From Gemmatimonadales bacterium (GTDB lineage Bacteria; Gemmatimonadota; Gemmatimonadetes; Gemmatimonadales; GWC2-71-9), in the NCBI GenBank assembly GCA_965249575.1, contig OZ252244.1, forward strand, positions 3,744,001-3,808,000: DNA of 64,000 bases, in the 5' to 3' direction. Made by a program: the position numbers and the translations under genes. Each line of letters begins with the position of its first letter. The stretch's first letter is position 1. Positions 10,498-19,258 of this stretch are shown here, one piece after another. Under the pieces are notes generated by a model. It saw only the letters and a program-made list of their open reading frames with translations. It had not been told where the DNA came from and made no database searches.

Positions 10498-12642
10498 GTG
10501 GACGAGTCTAGCTCCCCGATTGCCCAGCCCGCCGCCGACCGTGCTGCCCTGTCACGGGAGCTCGGCGACCTCCTCATTGAGCTGTCGATCGGTCTGAACA
10601 AGTTTGCCATGTACCCGCCCGACCATCCCTCTCTGGGACCAGCCTCCGCCGCGCTCGAGCGGCGACTCGACCAGCTCTTGGAGCACAGGGGCTCGCTGTC
10701 CGTCGGAGTCGCGCGCCAGCAGTTGGTGATCGAGGGAGTGGCGACCGATCCCAAGAATCCCGTGTTGAAGGACCTAGCCGGACGCCTGCACCGGCACCAT
10801 TTGGGCGCCATCACGTTTGCCCACGGGGTCTCGTCCCAGGAAGTCCTGGAGTTCCTCGGGATTGTGTACGTCGACGCCGATCGATCGAGCAAACCGCTTG
10901 GGGTGGCGGTCAAAGAAGACGGCGTGCAGTGGCCGCACATTCGGCTGTTCCCGGTGATATACGACCGGCTGCAGCTCATGGGCGGCGAGGAGGACGAGGA
11001 CGAGCAGGCTCGTCAAGCAAGAACGCGCTCGGCGCGGCTCTGGATCGGCATGGCGCGCGCCGCGATGGCAGCGGAGGAGGCCACCGAGGCCGAACTCGTC
11101 CGACTCGAGAAGTACGGCGCCCGCGAGATCGAAGCCGAGGACGACGCCGAGGACGACGATTCAGTCGAGCCGGCCGCCGTCGCGACCGCAATCGAGCAGC
11201 GCGAGCGTGGAACAGCCTACGATCAGGTCATCGTTGGCTACATGCTGCAGATCGCTGAAGAGCTCCGGTCGGCGTCGGGCGTCGAGGCCTTGTCGCTCAG
11301 GAAGCGGATGTCGGAGCTCGTCAGTTCGCTTCAACCCCAGACCTTGCAGCGCCTCCTGGACATGGGAGGGGACACCGCTCAACGCCAGCGCTTTCTCCTC
11401 GACGCATCTCAAGGGATGGCTGTCGATGCGGTGCTCGACCTCGTTCAGGCGGCGAGCAACCAGGAGAGCCAGACGGTTTCACATTCACTGCTCCGGATGC
11501 TCCAGAAACTGGCGCACCACGCGGACGCCGGGCATGGTCAGCGACGGGTTGAGGCAGAGCACTCCGTGCGGGAGCAGGTTGGCGAGCTCATCCGCGGGTG
11601 GTCCCTCGACGACCCGAATCCGGATGCCTACCGGATTGGTCTGGAGCGGCTCTCGACGGCGCGGCCGCTGTTCACTGTTGCCCCTGATGCGATGTACGTC
11701 CCGGAGCCTCAGCGGCTGGTGCAGATGGCGCTCGAGGTCGACGTCGTGGGGGTTCCGGTGCGTCGCGCTGTGGACGAGTTGGTGCAATCTGGGCGACAGA
11801 AATGGATCATGGAGCCGCTCGAAGAAGCGGAGGCCCCGGGGGCTACGCCGTTGCTGTGGTCCCAGGTCGCCAGCCCCGACCGCATACGCAACGTCCTGAG
11901 CGAGGAACCCATCGACATCGGGGTTTTGGATAATCTGCTCTCGAAGGTGGGTTTTGCGGCGGCGGACGCGTTGCTGGATGGCCTGGCTGAAGCGGACTCG
12001 AGCCAGACTCGGAGACTGCTGCTCGACCGGTTGATCCGCCTGGGCTCGGAGGTCGGGCCACTCGTCGTCCAACGCCTGGAGGACGAGCGCTGGTACGTAT
12101 TGAGAAACAGCTTGTGGATCCTGAGCGAGCTGCCGGACTTACCGCGGGATTTCCGGCCTGGGGATTTCCTACAACATTCCGATGCTCGTGTCCGGCGTGA
12201 GGCCTATCGCATCATGTTCCGGCAGCCGGAGATTCGCGAGCGGGCGATTTGCCGTGGGCTCGTCGACTCCGACGAGCGAACGGTGCGATTGGCCCTCGGA
12301 TCGGCACTCGGGGATTGTCCGGGGGCGGCGGTTCCACTGGTAGTGTCGCGTGCCACCGGGGGCGGGAGCGACGATCAACGAGTGGCGGCGGTGCGTGTCT
12401 TGGGCACGAGCAAGCATGAGCTCGGCTTGGCAGCTCTGCTCTCGATCACTGCGCGGCGACGCAGAAGCTTCATCGGCGCGAAGGCCCCGCCGAAATCCCC
12501 GGTATACCTAGCGGCATTGGCGGCCCTCCACCACTTCCCGGACGACACCCGGGCTCGCCAGGTACTCGCGCAGGCTGCGCGGTCAAAGGACACCGACGTC
12601 TCGCGCGCAGCTGTCGGAGAGGAAATGAACCCCGACACCTGA
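10498..12642 (+). CDS. HEAT-repeat protein with an N-terminal 'YPxxHP' domain
   Basis: MYPPDHP at the N-terminus; C-terminal HEAT-like repeats (DERWYVLRN, HSDARVRREA, DSDERTVRLA); TGATG coupling to the HD-GYP gene. Confidence 0.85.
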   Translation: MDESSSPIAQPAADRAALSRELGDLLIELSIGLNKFAMYPPDHPSLGPASAALERRLDQLLEHRGSLSVGVARQQLVIEGVATDPKNPVLKDLAGRLHRHHLGAITFAHGVSSQEVLEFLGIVYVDADRSSKPLGVAVKEDGVQWPHIRLFPVIYDRLQLMGGEEDEDEQARQARTRSARLWIGMARAAMAAEEATEAELVRLEKYGAREIEAEDDAEDDDSVEPAAVATAIEQRERGTAYDQVIVGYMLQIAEELRSASGVEALSLRKRMSELVSSLQPQTLQRLLDMGGDTAQRQRFLLDASQGMAVDAVLDLVQAASNQESQTVSHSLLRMLQKLAHHADAGHGQRRVEAEHSVREQVGELIRGWSLDDPNPDAYRIGLERLSTARPLFTVAPDAMYVPEPQRLVQMALEVDVVGVPVRRAVDELVQSGRQKWIMEPLEEAEAPGATPLLWSQVASPDRIRNVLSEEPIDIGVLDNLLSKVGFAAADALLDGLAEADSSQTRRLLLDRLIRLGSEVGPLVVQRLEDERWYVLRNSLWILSELPDLPRDFRPGDFLQHSDARVRREAYRIMFRQPEIRERAICRGLVDSDERTVRLALGSALGDCPGAAVPLVVSRATGGGSDDQRVAAVRVLGTSKHELGLAALLSITARRRRSFIGAKAPPKSPVYLAALAALHHFPDDTRARQVLAQAARSKDTDVSRAAVGEEMNPDT

Positions 12643-13811
12643 TGTCCGAAGCCGCCGGCCTCCTCAATGCGATCGCACAGGCGCTCTCGGCACTGTCTCT
12701 GTACCCGGAAGGGCACAGCACCAGAGAGCGGGCTCTCGACTCCGTGTACGAACGCCTGGGCCTCCTCCTCAGCACGAATCCGAGACCACGCTTCTCCTTC
12801 CTCGGGGAGGAAGTGGTATATGGCGACGAACCGCTCAAGGAGATGCGCGGGTGGGACTGGAGCACACGGCTATCCGATCTGGGCATTCGGCGACTGCAGT
12901 TTGATTCTACGGTTACCCGCGAGGAGCTCGAGGGGTTTCTCGATGAGCTCCTCGCTCGCCTTACTTTGAGCGCGATCGACACGAGCGAAGCGCGGCAGAT
13001 GCGCCCGAGTGGCATCCAGTGGGGAGCGATCGGGATTCGAGGGGAGGAACGCGTGGGGGGCGGAGACATTCAAACCGCGACCATCGCTTTTACGCTCCAC
13101 GAGGAGGCGGAGACGGTCCGGTGGCTTCACGACGAGATCTCGACCGGTCACGATCTACCACTCACCGAGGCCGAGGCGGTGGTTCGCGCGCTGTCAGTGG
13201 CGATGCACGGAGATCAGCGCCTGATCCTGCCGCTTCTCAAGCTACGCAACTTCGACGAGTACACGACGACCCACTCGCTCAACGTCGCGGTCTTGACCAT
13301 GGGACTGGGCGAATGGCTCGGACTCGGTGCCCAGGATGTGCGCACGTTTGGCATCGCGGGCTTGTTGCACGACCTGGGGAAGGTCAAGATACCAAAGGAC
13401 ATCTTGAACAAGGCTGGCAAGCTCGAGCCCAATGAGCGAGCAGTGATGAACAGTCATCCGGTGGAAGGCGCCCGCCTGATCATCGCGACCGAACAGGAAT
13501 TGGATTTGGCAGCCGTGGTCGCCTACGAGCATCACATCATGTTGAATGGTGGGGGCTATCCGACAATGCGCTATCAGCGCGATTGCCATTGGGCCAGTAA
13601 GCTCGTGCACGTCTGCGATGTCTACGATGCACTGCGTACGAATCGTCCGTATCGGGATGCCTGGCCTTCCGACAAAGTGCTTGCGTATCTAGAGGAGCGC
13701 TCCGGAGCGGAGTTTGATGGAACGGTGGCTCACGCTTTTACCCAGATGATTTATGAGCGAGAAGGCGTCGTCGCTCAGCTCGAAGAGGAGGAGCCGGTTC
13801 CCACTGAGTAG
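12642..13811 (+). CDS. HD-GYP domain cyclic-dinucleotide phosphodiesterase
   Basis: LLHDLGK, SHPVEG, EHHIMLNGGGYP and DVYDALRTNRPYR motifs. Confidence 0.92.
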   Translation: MSEAAGLLNAIAQALSALSLYPEGHSTRERALDSVYERLGLLLSTNPRPRFSFLGEEVVYGDEPLKEMRGWDWSTRLSDLGIRRLQFDSTVTREELEGFLDELLARLTLSAIDTSEARQMRPSGIQWGAIGIRGEERVGGGDIQTATIAFTLHEEAETVRWLHDEISTGHDLPLTEAEAVVRALSVAMHGDQRLILPLLKLRNFDEYTTTHSLNVAVLTMGLGEWLGLGAQDVRTFGIAGLLHDLGKVKIPKDILNKAGKLEPNERAVMNSHPVEGARLIIATEQELDLAAVVAYEHHIMLNGGGYPTMRYQRDCHWASKLVHVCDVYDALRTNRPYRDAWPSDKVLAYLEERSGAEFDGTVAHAFTQMIYEREGVVAQLEEEEPVPTE

Positions 13812-13819
13812 CACCGGGT

Positions 13820-14614
13820 TCAGCTGGTCGAACCAGCCGGCCCTACCGCAAATGGAGGCAATGGGTCGCCCTGCGCCGCCACGAGTACTGACCCGCGAAA
13901 TCCGAGCGGCTTGAGCGCCATACGAGCGGCGGTCTCGGCCAAGTCGGCGCGATTGCAGTTGTCGCTCAAATGGGCTAGCACGACCGTGGCCAGTCCGTCG
14001 TGGTACAGGTCTGAAAGCAAATCTGCGGCCGCCCGATTCGAGAGGTGCCCCTCAACGCCCGCAATGCGCCGTCGCACGGACGGGGGATAGGGACCGGTCC
14101 GCAACATCAAGTCATCGTGGTTGGACTCGATGATCAGGCACGTAGCCCCTCGCAAGAGGTACCGAAGCACGCCGGTGGGCCGACCCACATCGTATGCGAT
14201 TCCAACGCGCTGGCCCGGCTCCGGCCCGTCGAAAACGAGCGCCAGAGGCTCGGCGGCATCATGGGTTGTGCGGCATCCAGTCACGGTTACCGCCCCAATG
14301 AGGTTCGGAGCGAGCGGCTGGAGGGGAATGGTCGGGGCTTCGCCCAACCGTTTCTGCAGCGCCTTGAGGGTACCCTGCGACGCGTAGACCGGGCACTGGG
14401 CCCGCCGGGCGATCCCGGCGGCGCCTCGAGCGTGGTCGGCGTGCTCGTGCGTCACGACGACGCCGCTCAGAGTGCGCAGGTCAACGTCGATATCCCGCGC
14501 GCGGCGCGTCAGGAGCCGCGGTGAAAATCCAGCATCCACGAGGATGCGAGCTCCCTTCGCCTCGATGAGAATGGCGTTACCGCTGCTCCCGGATCCGAGC
14601 ACCGTAACTCTCAT
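13820..14614 (-). CDS. MBL-fold metallohydrolase (YycJ/WalJ-like)
   Basis: MRVTVLGSGSSGNA start, THEHADH, ESNHD, GHLSN and LAHLS; ATGA overlap with the upstream gene. Confidence 0.9.
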   Translation of the reverse strand: MRVTVLGSGSSGNAILIEAKGARILVDAGFSPRLLTRRARDIDVDLRTLSGVVVTHEHADHARGAAGIARRAQCPVYASQGTLKALQKRLGEAPTIPLQPLAPNLIGAVTVTGCRTTHDAAEPLALVFDGPEPGQRVGIAYDVGRPTGVLRYLLRGATCLIIESNHDDLMLRTGPYPPSVRRRIAGVEGHLSNRAAADLLSDLYHDGLATVVLAHLSDNCNRADLAETAARMALKPLGFRGSVLVAAQGDPLPPFAVGPAGSTS

Positions 14615-15780
14615 CGAGTGACGCTGTGGTCGTAAATGGCACCCAGCATGTCGCGGACGGCCTTGGTGAATGCCACGTTCCTCCTGGGCAGCACCCGTTC
14701 CGCAGTCGTGAGAAACCCATCCCGGCGGGTTCGGTCGCCCGCGGAGCCCCACGCAAATGGCGGGATGTAGCGCGGAGGGTGTGTCGCACCGAATACGTTG
14801 GCGCCGGTGCCAACGGCGGATCCGGTGCCAAAGAGCGTACCGATCGCGGTCTTCACGTGATCGCCTATGATGCCGCCGAGGAACTGCCGATCCGTTTCCA
14901 CTCGCTCGTCGTCGATCTTGAGAGCGACGGTTCCATAGGTGTTCTTCAGGTTGGAGGTGATGGTGCCGGCCCCCAGGTTGGACCAGCGTCCGATCACGGA
15001 GTGACCGACGAACCCGTCGTGAGCCTTGTTCGCATAACCCAGAAGAACGGTGGAGTGCATCTCCCCCCGGATCTTCGAGCTGGGCCCGAGGCTGCAACGG
15101 GAAATAGGGCCGCCCAGCACCTCGCATCCCGCCCCGACGTAGAGCGGCCCCTCGAGTCGGGTCCCTGATTTGACGTAACTCTGCTGTTCGAGCACGATGG
15201 CGCCCTGGCGAACGTCGAAGGTGACGCCTGGCTCGACGAAGGCTCCCAGTATGACGACTTCAGCGGGATCCCCGATGACGACGCAGCCGTCCGGAACCGG
15301 GTCCCCCTGTTCTTGTGTGAAGTCGGCCACGTCAGGAGCCAGAAGATGCTCGAGCGCCGTCACGAGATCGAAGCTGCCGCGGAGCACCACGCCCTCCACC
15401 TCGACCTCAGGCCCGTCATTGTGCGCCCCATCCCACGATGCGTCCGCGGGAACGGACCAGCCCACGGTTCTCCCCTCGTTTGTGAGGCGTGCCGGGCGGT
15501 CCGGTAAATCGGGATGAGTACCCGAGGGGGCGAAGTCCGAGCGTCCGATGATGGTTGGTCCGGTGACGGGCGAGATCGTGCGGACGGGTGGGACGCCATT
15601 CTCGGAGAATTTCTCTAGGTGCGAGGAGCCGAATATCGCGCCGGTCTCCCCGCCAGCGATCGCCTCCCATCGCTCGCGGATGAGCCACGCGCCGGCACGC
15701 AATTCGCAAATCGGTCGTGAGTCAGCAAATGGGAACCAGGCGGCCGCCGCTGGTGGATCGAGCAGGATTAAGTCGGTCAC
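14611..15780 (-). CDS. Putative sugar nucleotidyltransferase/GlmU-like hexapeptide-repeat protein
   Basis: RPICELRAGA N-terminal motif; left-handed beta-helix with NKAHDGFVGHS and NLGAGTITSNLKNTY. Confidence 0.85.
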   Translation of the reverse strand: MTDLILLDPPAAAAWFPFADSRPICELRAGAWLIRERWEAIAGGETGAIFGSSHLEKFSENGVPPVRTISPVTGPTIIGRSDFAPSGTHPDLPDRPARLTNEGRTVGWSVPADASWDGAHNDGPEVEVEGVVLRGSFDLVTALEHLLAPDVADFTQEQGDPVPDGCVVIGDPAEVVILGAFVEPGVTFDVRQGAIVLEQQSYVKSGTRLEGPLYVGAGCEVLGGPISRCSLGPSSKIRGEMHSTVLLGYANKAHDGFVGHSVIGRWSNLGAGTITSNLKNTYGTVALKIDDERVETDRQFLGGIIGDHVKTAIGTLFGTGSAVGTGANVFGATHPPRYIPPFAWGSAGDRTRRDGFLTTAERVLPRRNVAFTKAVRDMLGAIYDHSVTR

Positions 15781-16814
15781 GGGGTGAGGTCGCGGAGGTC
15801 AGGGGGCAGGACATCGAACAGCTCCTTGAGGGTAGCCGCCCGTTCACGTGTGGTAACCAGCACCACCCCATTGGCCCGAACGACGACGGCGTTCTCGGTA
15901 CCGTACATGACGATCGGGCCGTCGTCGGCCCACGCGACCGACCCCGAGGCCTCGAGCTGAAAAACCTCTCCGACGATCGTGTTGCCTGCATCGTCCGAGG
16001 GCCGCACGCGGCTCAGCGCGCTCCAGGTCCCGACATCATCCCAGGGAAAGCGACCAGGGACGACCGCGACTCGGCTGCTGCGCTCGTAGTGAGAAAGGTC
16101 GACGGCAATTGGCGTGACCGAATCGAAAAACGAGGAAACATCCTCAAGTCGAAGCAGCTCAAGGTGGGGCGCGAGCTCGGGAGCGCAGTCGCGCGCCTCC
16201 GCAAGAAAGCGGTTCGCGGTCCACGCGAATAGTCCGCTGTTCCAGAGCGCGCCGGCTTTCGTGAGTTCAGTGGCCCGTTCTGCGCTCGGCTTCTCGACGA
16301 ACCGCTGCACGGTTCGAATGTCCCGCTCGAGGACCTCACCTGGAACGATGTGGCCGTATCCGGGCTCGGGACGCGTGGGCACGATACCGACGGTGACGAG
16401 CACGTCGTGCCGTTCGGCGGTGCTCAAGGCTTCCTCCGCGGTCTGACGGAACGCGCGATCGTCGCCCACAACCCAGTCCGCGTGGAGAGAAAGAATGGTG
16501 GCATCGGGATCGCGCCCGGCCGCTACGGTCGTCGCCCAGGTGAGCGCCGGTGCGGTCGAGGCGGGCCTCGGCTCAGCCAGGACGTTCCCAGGTGGCAGGC
16601 TCGGCAGGAGCCGTGCGGTGTGCTCTCTCAACGAACGGGATGTCACCACGAGCACGCGCTCCGGCGGAATGAGTCCGGCAAGCCGGTCGAACGCCTGGAC
16701 AAGCAGGGGGGTGTGTCCCGCGAGGGCGAGCATCTGTTTGGGTGTCACGGCGGTCGAGAGGGGCCAAAACCGCGTACCGGATCCTCCGGCGAGGAGCACG
16801 GCCCACCGACTCAT
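15777..16814 (-). CDS. manC: Mannose-1-phosphate guanylyltransferase
   Basis: LLAGGSGTRFWPLS, PKQ, EPRPASTAPA, FVEKP, WNSGLF and WDDVGTW motifs. Confidence 0.93.
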   Translation of the reverse strand: MSRWAVLLAGGSGTRFWPLSTAVTPKQMLALAGHTPLLVQAFDRLAGLIPPERVLVVTSRSLREHTARLLPSLPPGNVLAEPRPASTAPALTWATTVAAGRDPDATILSLHADWVVGDDRAFRQTAEEALSTAERHDVLVTVGIVPTRPEPGYGHIVPGEVLERDIRTVQRFVEKPSAERATELTKAGALWNSGLFAWTANRFLAEARDCAPELAPHLELLRLEDVSSFFDSVTPIAVDLSHYERSSRVAVVPGRFPWDDVGTWSALSRVRPSDDAGNTIVGEVFQLEASGSVAWADDGPIVMYGTENAVVVRANGVVLVTTRERAATLKELFDVLPPDLRDLTP

Positions 16815-16948
16815 GACACCCGCTCCCCAATACCGTGGCACACTGGGACCGGCAGCCCGAACATGATGGGGTGCGGCAGTGTGGCGGTGATGGGGCTCGA
16901 AAGGGGCCCGGGCGGGCGAGTGTGGCGGACGGGAGGCTCCCGCACCGC

Positions 16949-17302
16949 CTAGAGCAGGCCGGCGATAGCCGACTGGTGACGCCTAAGCTCGTAGAGCAGC
17001 GATCCTACGTTCACGTCGGGGCGAACGAAGAGGGCGAGCATGGCTTCAGTGGTCAGCACCGTGACGACGATCAGCCCCTGCAAGAACTCTACGACACCGG
17101 AGGCAAACTCTCCGCGAGATGCCGCCCCACCCAGCCGATTGCACGCGGCCATCACCGACGGCACCAGGGCCGCGAGGCCCTCGGTGTCGAGTCCATCCGT
17201 TGCGGCGGAATCGATGGGGAGTCCGTCCCGGCCGAGGACGATCACGGCGTCTACCCCGTCCCGGCGGCTCAAGCTCTGCACCACGTCTCGAATGGTTGGC
17301 AT
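16949..17302 (-). CDS. Roadblock/LC7 domain protein (MglB-like)
   Basis: GVDAVIVLGRDGLPI and NVGSLLYELRR roadblock pattern; 117 aa from ATG 17302. Confidence 0.88.
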   Translation of the reverse strand: MPTIRDVVQSLSRRDGVDAVIVLGRDGLPIDSAATDGLDTEGLAALVPSVMAACNRLGGAASRGEFASGVVEFLQGLIVVTVLTTEAMLALFVRPDVNVGSLLYELRRHQSAIAGLL

Positions 17303-17309
17303 CGGCGCC

Positions 17310-17381
17310 AAGCTAGAATTCACCCACACCGAAGTCAAGGCGCCACGGCGCCTTGACCGCGTTTCGGGGGCGCGCTAAAGT
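17310..17381. promoter_or_regulatory. Back-to-back divergent sigma70 promoters joined by an 11-bp inverted repeat
   Basis: Minus strand: TTGACT(17338-17333)-17-TAGCTT(17315-17310). Plus strand: TTGACC(17353-17358)-17-TAAAGT(17376-17381). GTCAAGGCGCC-ac-GGCGCCTTGAC at 17334-17357. Confidence 0.7.
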
Positions 17382-17394
17382 TCTTCGTACTTCG

Positions 17395-17973
17395 ATGCGT
17401 GTCGCGGTGTTCGCTCGGTTGGCGTACGGGTTGCTGATCTTGTTCGCCGGGGTGGTGATCGCTGCCTGCGATGACCCCCTCGCCTTGCTGCCTGCGATTA
17501 ACGAGAACCGCGTCGATACACTCTCCCTCTTCGCGCTCCAGAATACCCCGGTTGCGTCACCCAGCGCATTCGACATTCTCAGTGGTGACCCAGTCCGTAC
17601 CGATCAACGACGGGCATTCGACTTCGCGTTCGATATGGATGCGGTTGGGACGCCATTCGCGATCCCCCCGGGGGCGCTGGGTCTGCCTCCCGAACCGGGC
17701 GTGCTACCTTCCGATTCGGTGTTCGAAGCCATCCGCAGCGCTCCGCTCGAGGGATACATAACTGATCAAAGCGTGCCCCTGGGGCTCGGGTCAGTGTTTG
17801 TCGTCCGCTCGAGACTGAGTTTCGACGGTTGCGGCCTGACGGGCTCGCTCCCCCGGTACGGTAAGTTCCGCATCCTCGCGTTGGACCAACAGGCCCGAAC
17901 CGTGACGCTCGAAGTGCTGGTGAATCGAAACTGCGGGTATCGCAGCCTCGAGCCGGGCCTGCCCACCTCCTGA
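17395..17973 (+). CDS. Hypothetical lipoprotein
   Basis: Signal with lipobox IAAC; beta-rich body with two further Cys. Confidence 0.78.
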   Translation: MRVAVFARLAYGLLILFAGVVIAACDDPLALLPAINENRVDTLSLFALQNTPVASPSAFDILSGDPVRTDQRRAFDFAFDMDAVGTPFAIPPGALGLPPEPGVLPSDSVFEAIRSAPLEGYITDQSVPLGLGSVFVVRSRLSFDGCGLTGSLPRYGKFRILALDQQARTVTLEVLVNRNCGYRSLEPGLPTS

Positions 17974-17977
17974 TTTC

Positions 17978-19258
17978 GTGATTGACATTCGGCTCTTGCG
18001 CGAGTCGCCCGATGAGTTTCGAGCGGCCGCCGCGCGTCGGCACGGAGACGTGGACGGGTTGCTGGATGAGATCCTCGCGCTGGATGCGAAACGCCGGGAG
18101 ATGCTCGGCCGCGTCGAGAAGCTCAAGGCGCAGCGCAACAAGGCGAACGAAGACGTTGCGCGACTCCGGAGAGCCGGTGAGGATGCCTCGGCTCGGCGCT
18201 CGGGACTCAAAGAACTGAGCGACGAGGTGAAAGCTATGGATCGGGAGGTTCGGGCGGTTGAGGTCGATCTTGCTCGAGCCGCGCTACAGGTCCCAAACGT
18301 GTTGCTGACGGACGTGCCCGATGGGGGGGCAGCGGACAATCTGGTGCTGCGAACGTGGGGTGAGCGGCCGGACTTCGATTTCGAGCCCAAACCGCATTGG
18401 CAGCTCGGAGAGACACTCGGGATCATCGATCTTCCACGGGGCGCGAAGGTAACCGGTACCGGATTTCCCGTTTTCTGTGGAGCTGGGGCGCGACTCGTTC
18501 GGGCACTCGTCAATTTCATGCTCGATCTACACACGGACCAAAACGGCTACCGAGAAGTCGCGCCGCCATTCCTGGTGAACGACGATTCCGCGCGCGGGAC
18601 CGGCCAGCTGCCCGACCTCGAGCGCAATATGTACGTTACCGAGGACGGGCTCTATCTCGTGCCGACGGCAGAGGTACCGGTTACGAACCTGCATCGTGAC
18701 GAGATCGTGGCGGCCGAGGATTTGCCCTGTGGGTATGTGGCCTACACCCCCTGCTTTCGTCGCGAGGCAGGGGCCCACGGGAAAGATACCCGCGGACTGA
18801 TACGACTACATCAATTCGACAAAGTGGAGCTCGTCCGGTTTTGCGCACCGGAGGACTCACCTGCAGAGCACGACATCCTCCTGGGACATGCCGAAGCCGT
18901 GCTCCAAAAGTTGAATCTACCGTACCGGACTGTGCTGCTCGCCGCGGGTGACACGGGCTTCGCCAGTGCCAAGACTTACGACCTCGAGGTGTGGGCAGCC
19001 GGGGTCGGCACGTGGCTCGAAGCCTCGAGTGCGAGCACCTTTACGAATTTTCAGGCCCGACGTGCGAATATCCGGTACCGACCTCGTCCCGATACCAAGC
19101 CAGAGTTCGTACACACGTTGAACGCGTCGGGTGTTGCCTTGCCGCGGACCATCGTGGCACTCTTGGAAAACAACCAGCAAAGGGACGGTTCGGTGCGGGT
19201 GCCGGAGGTGTTGGTCGAGTACCTCGGCACGGAGTGGCTGAAGCCTGGTGGATCGTAG
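17978..19258 (+). CDS. serS: Serine--tRNA ligase
   Basis: MIDIRLLR start, YLVPTAEVP, CFRREAG, RGLIRLHQFDKVE and HTLNASG. Confidence 0.98.
   Translation: MIDIRLLRESPDEFRAAAARRHGDVDGLLDEILALDAKRREMLGRVEKLKAQRNKANEDVARLRRAGEDASARRSGLKELSDEVKAMDREVRAVEVDLARAALQVPNVLLTDVPDGGAADNLVLRTWGERPDFDFEPKPHWQLGETLGIIDLPRGAKVTGTGFPVFCGAGARLVRALVNFMLDLHTDQNGYREVAPPFLVNDDSARGTGQLPDLERNMYVTEDGLYLVPTAEVPVTNLHRDEIVAAEDLPCGYVAYTPCFRREAGAHGKDTRGLIRLHQFDKVELVRFCAPEDSPAEHDILLGHAEAVLQKLNLPYRTVLLAAGDTGFASAKTYDLEVWAAGVGTWLEASSASTFTNFQARRANIRYRPRPDTKPEFVHTLNASGVALPRTIVALLENNQQRDGSVRVPEVLVEYLGTEWLKPGGS

Noticed and set aside
16862..16930. Short direct repeats (AGTGTGGCGG twice, TGATGGGG twice) between the roadblock gene and manC
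   Set aside because: Only two copies each with irregular spacing; not CRISPR-like and no function can be supported.
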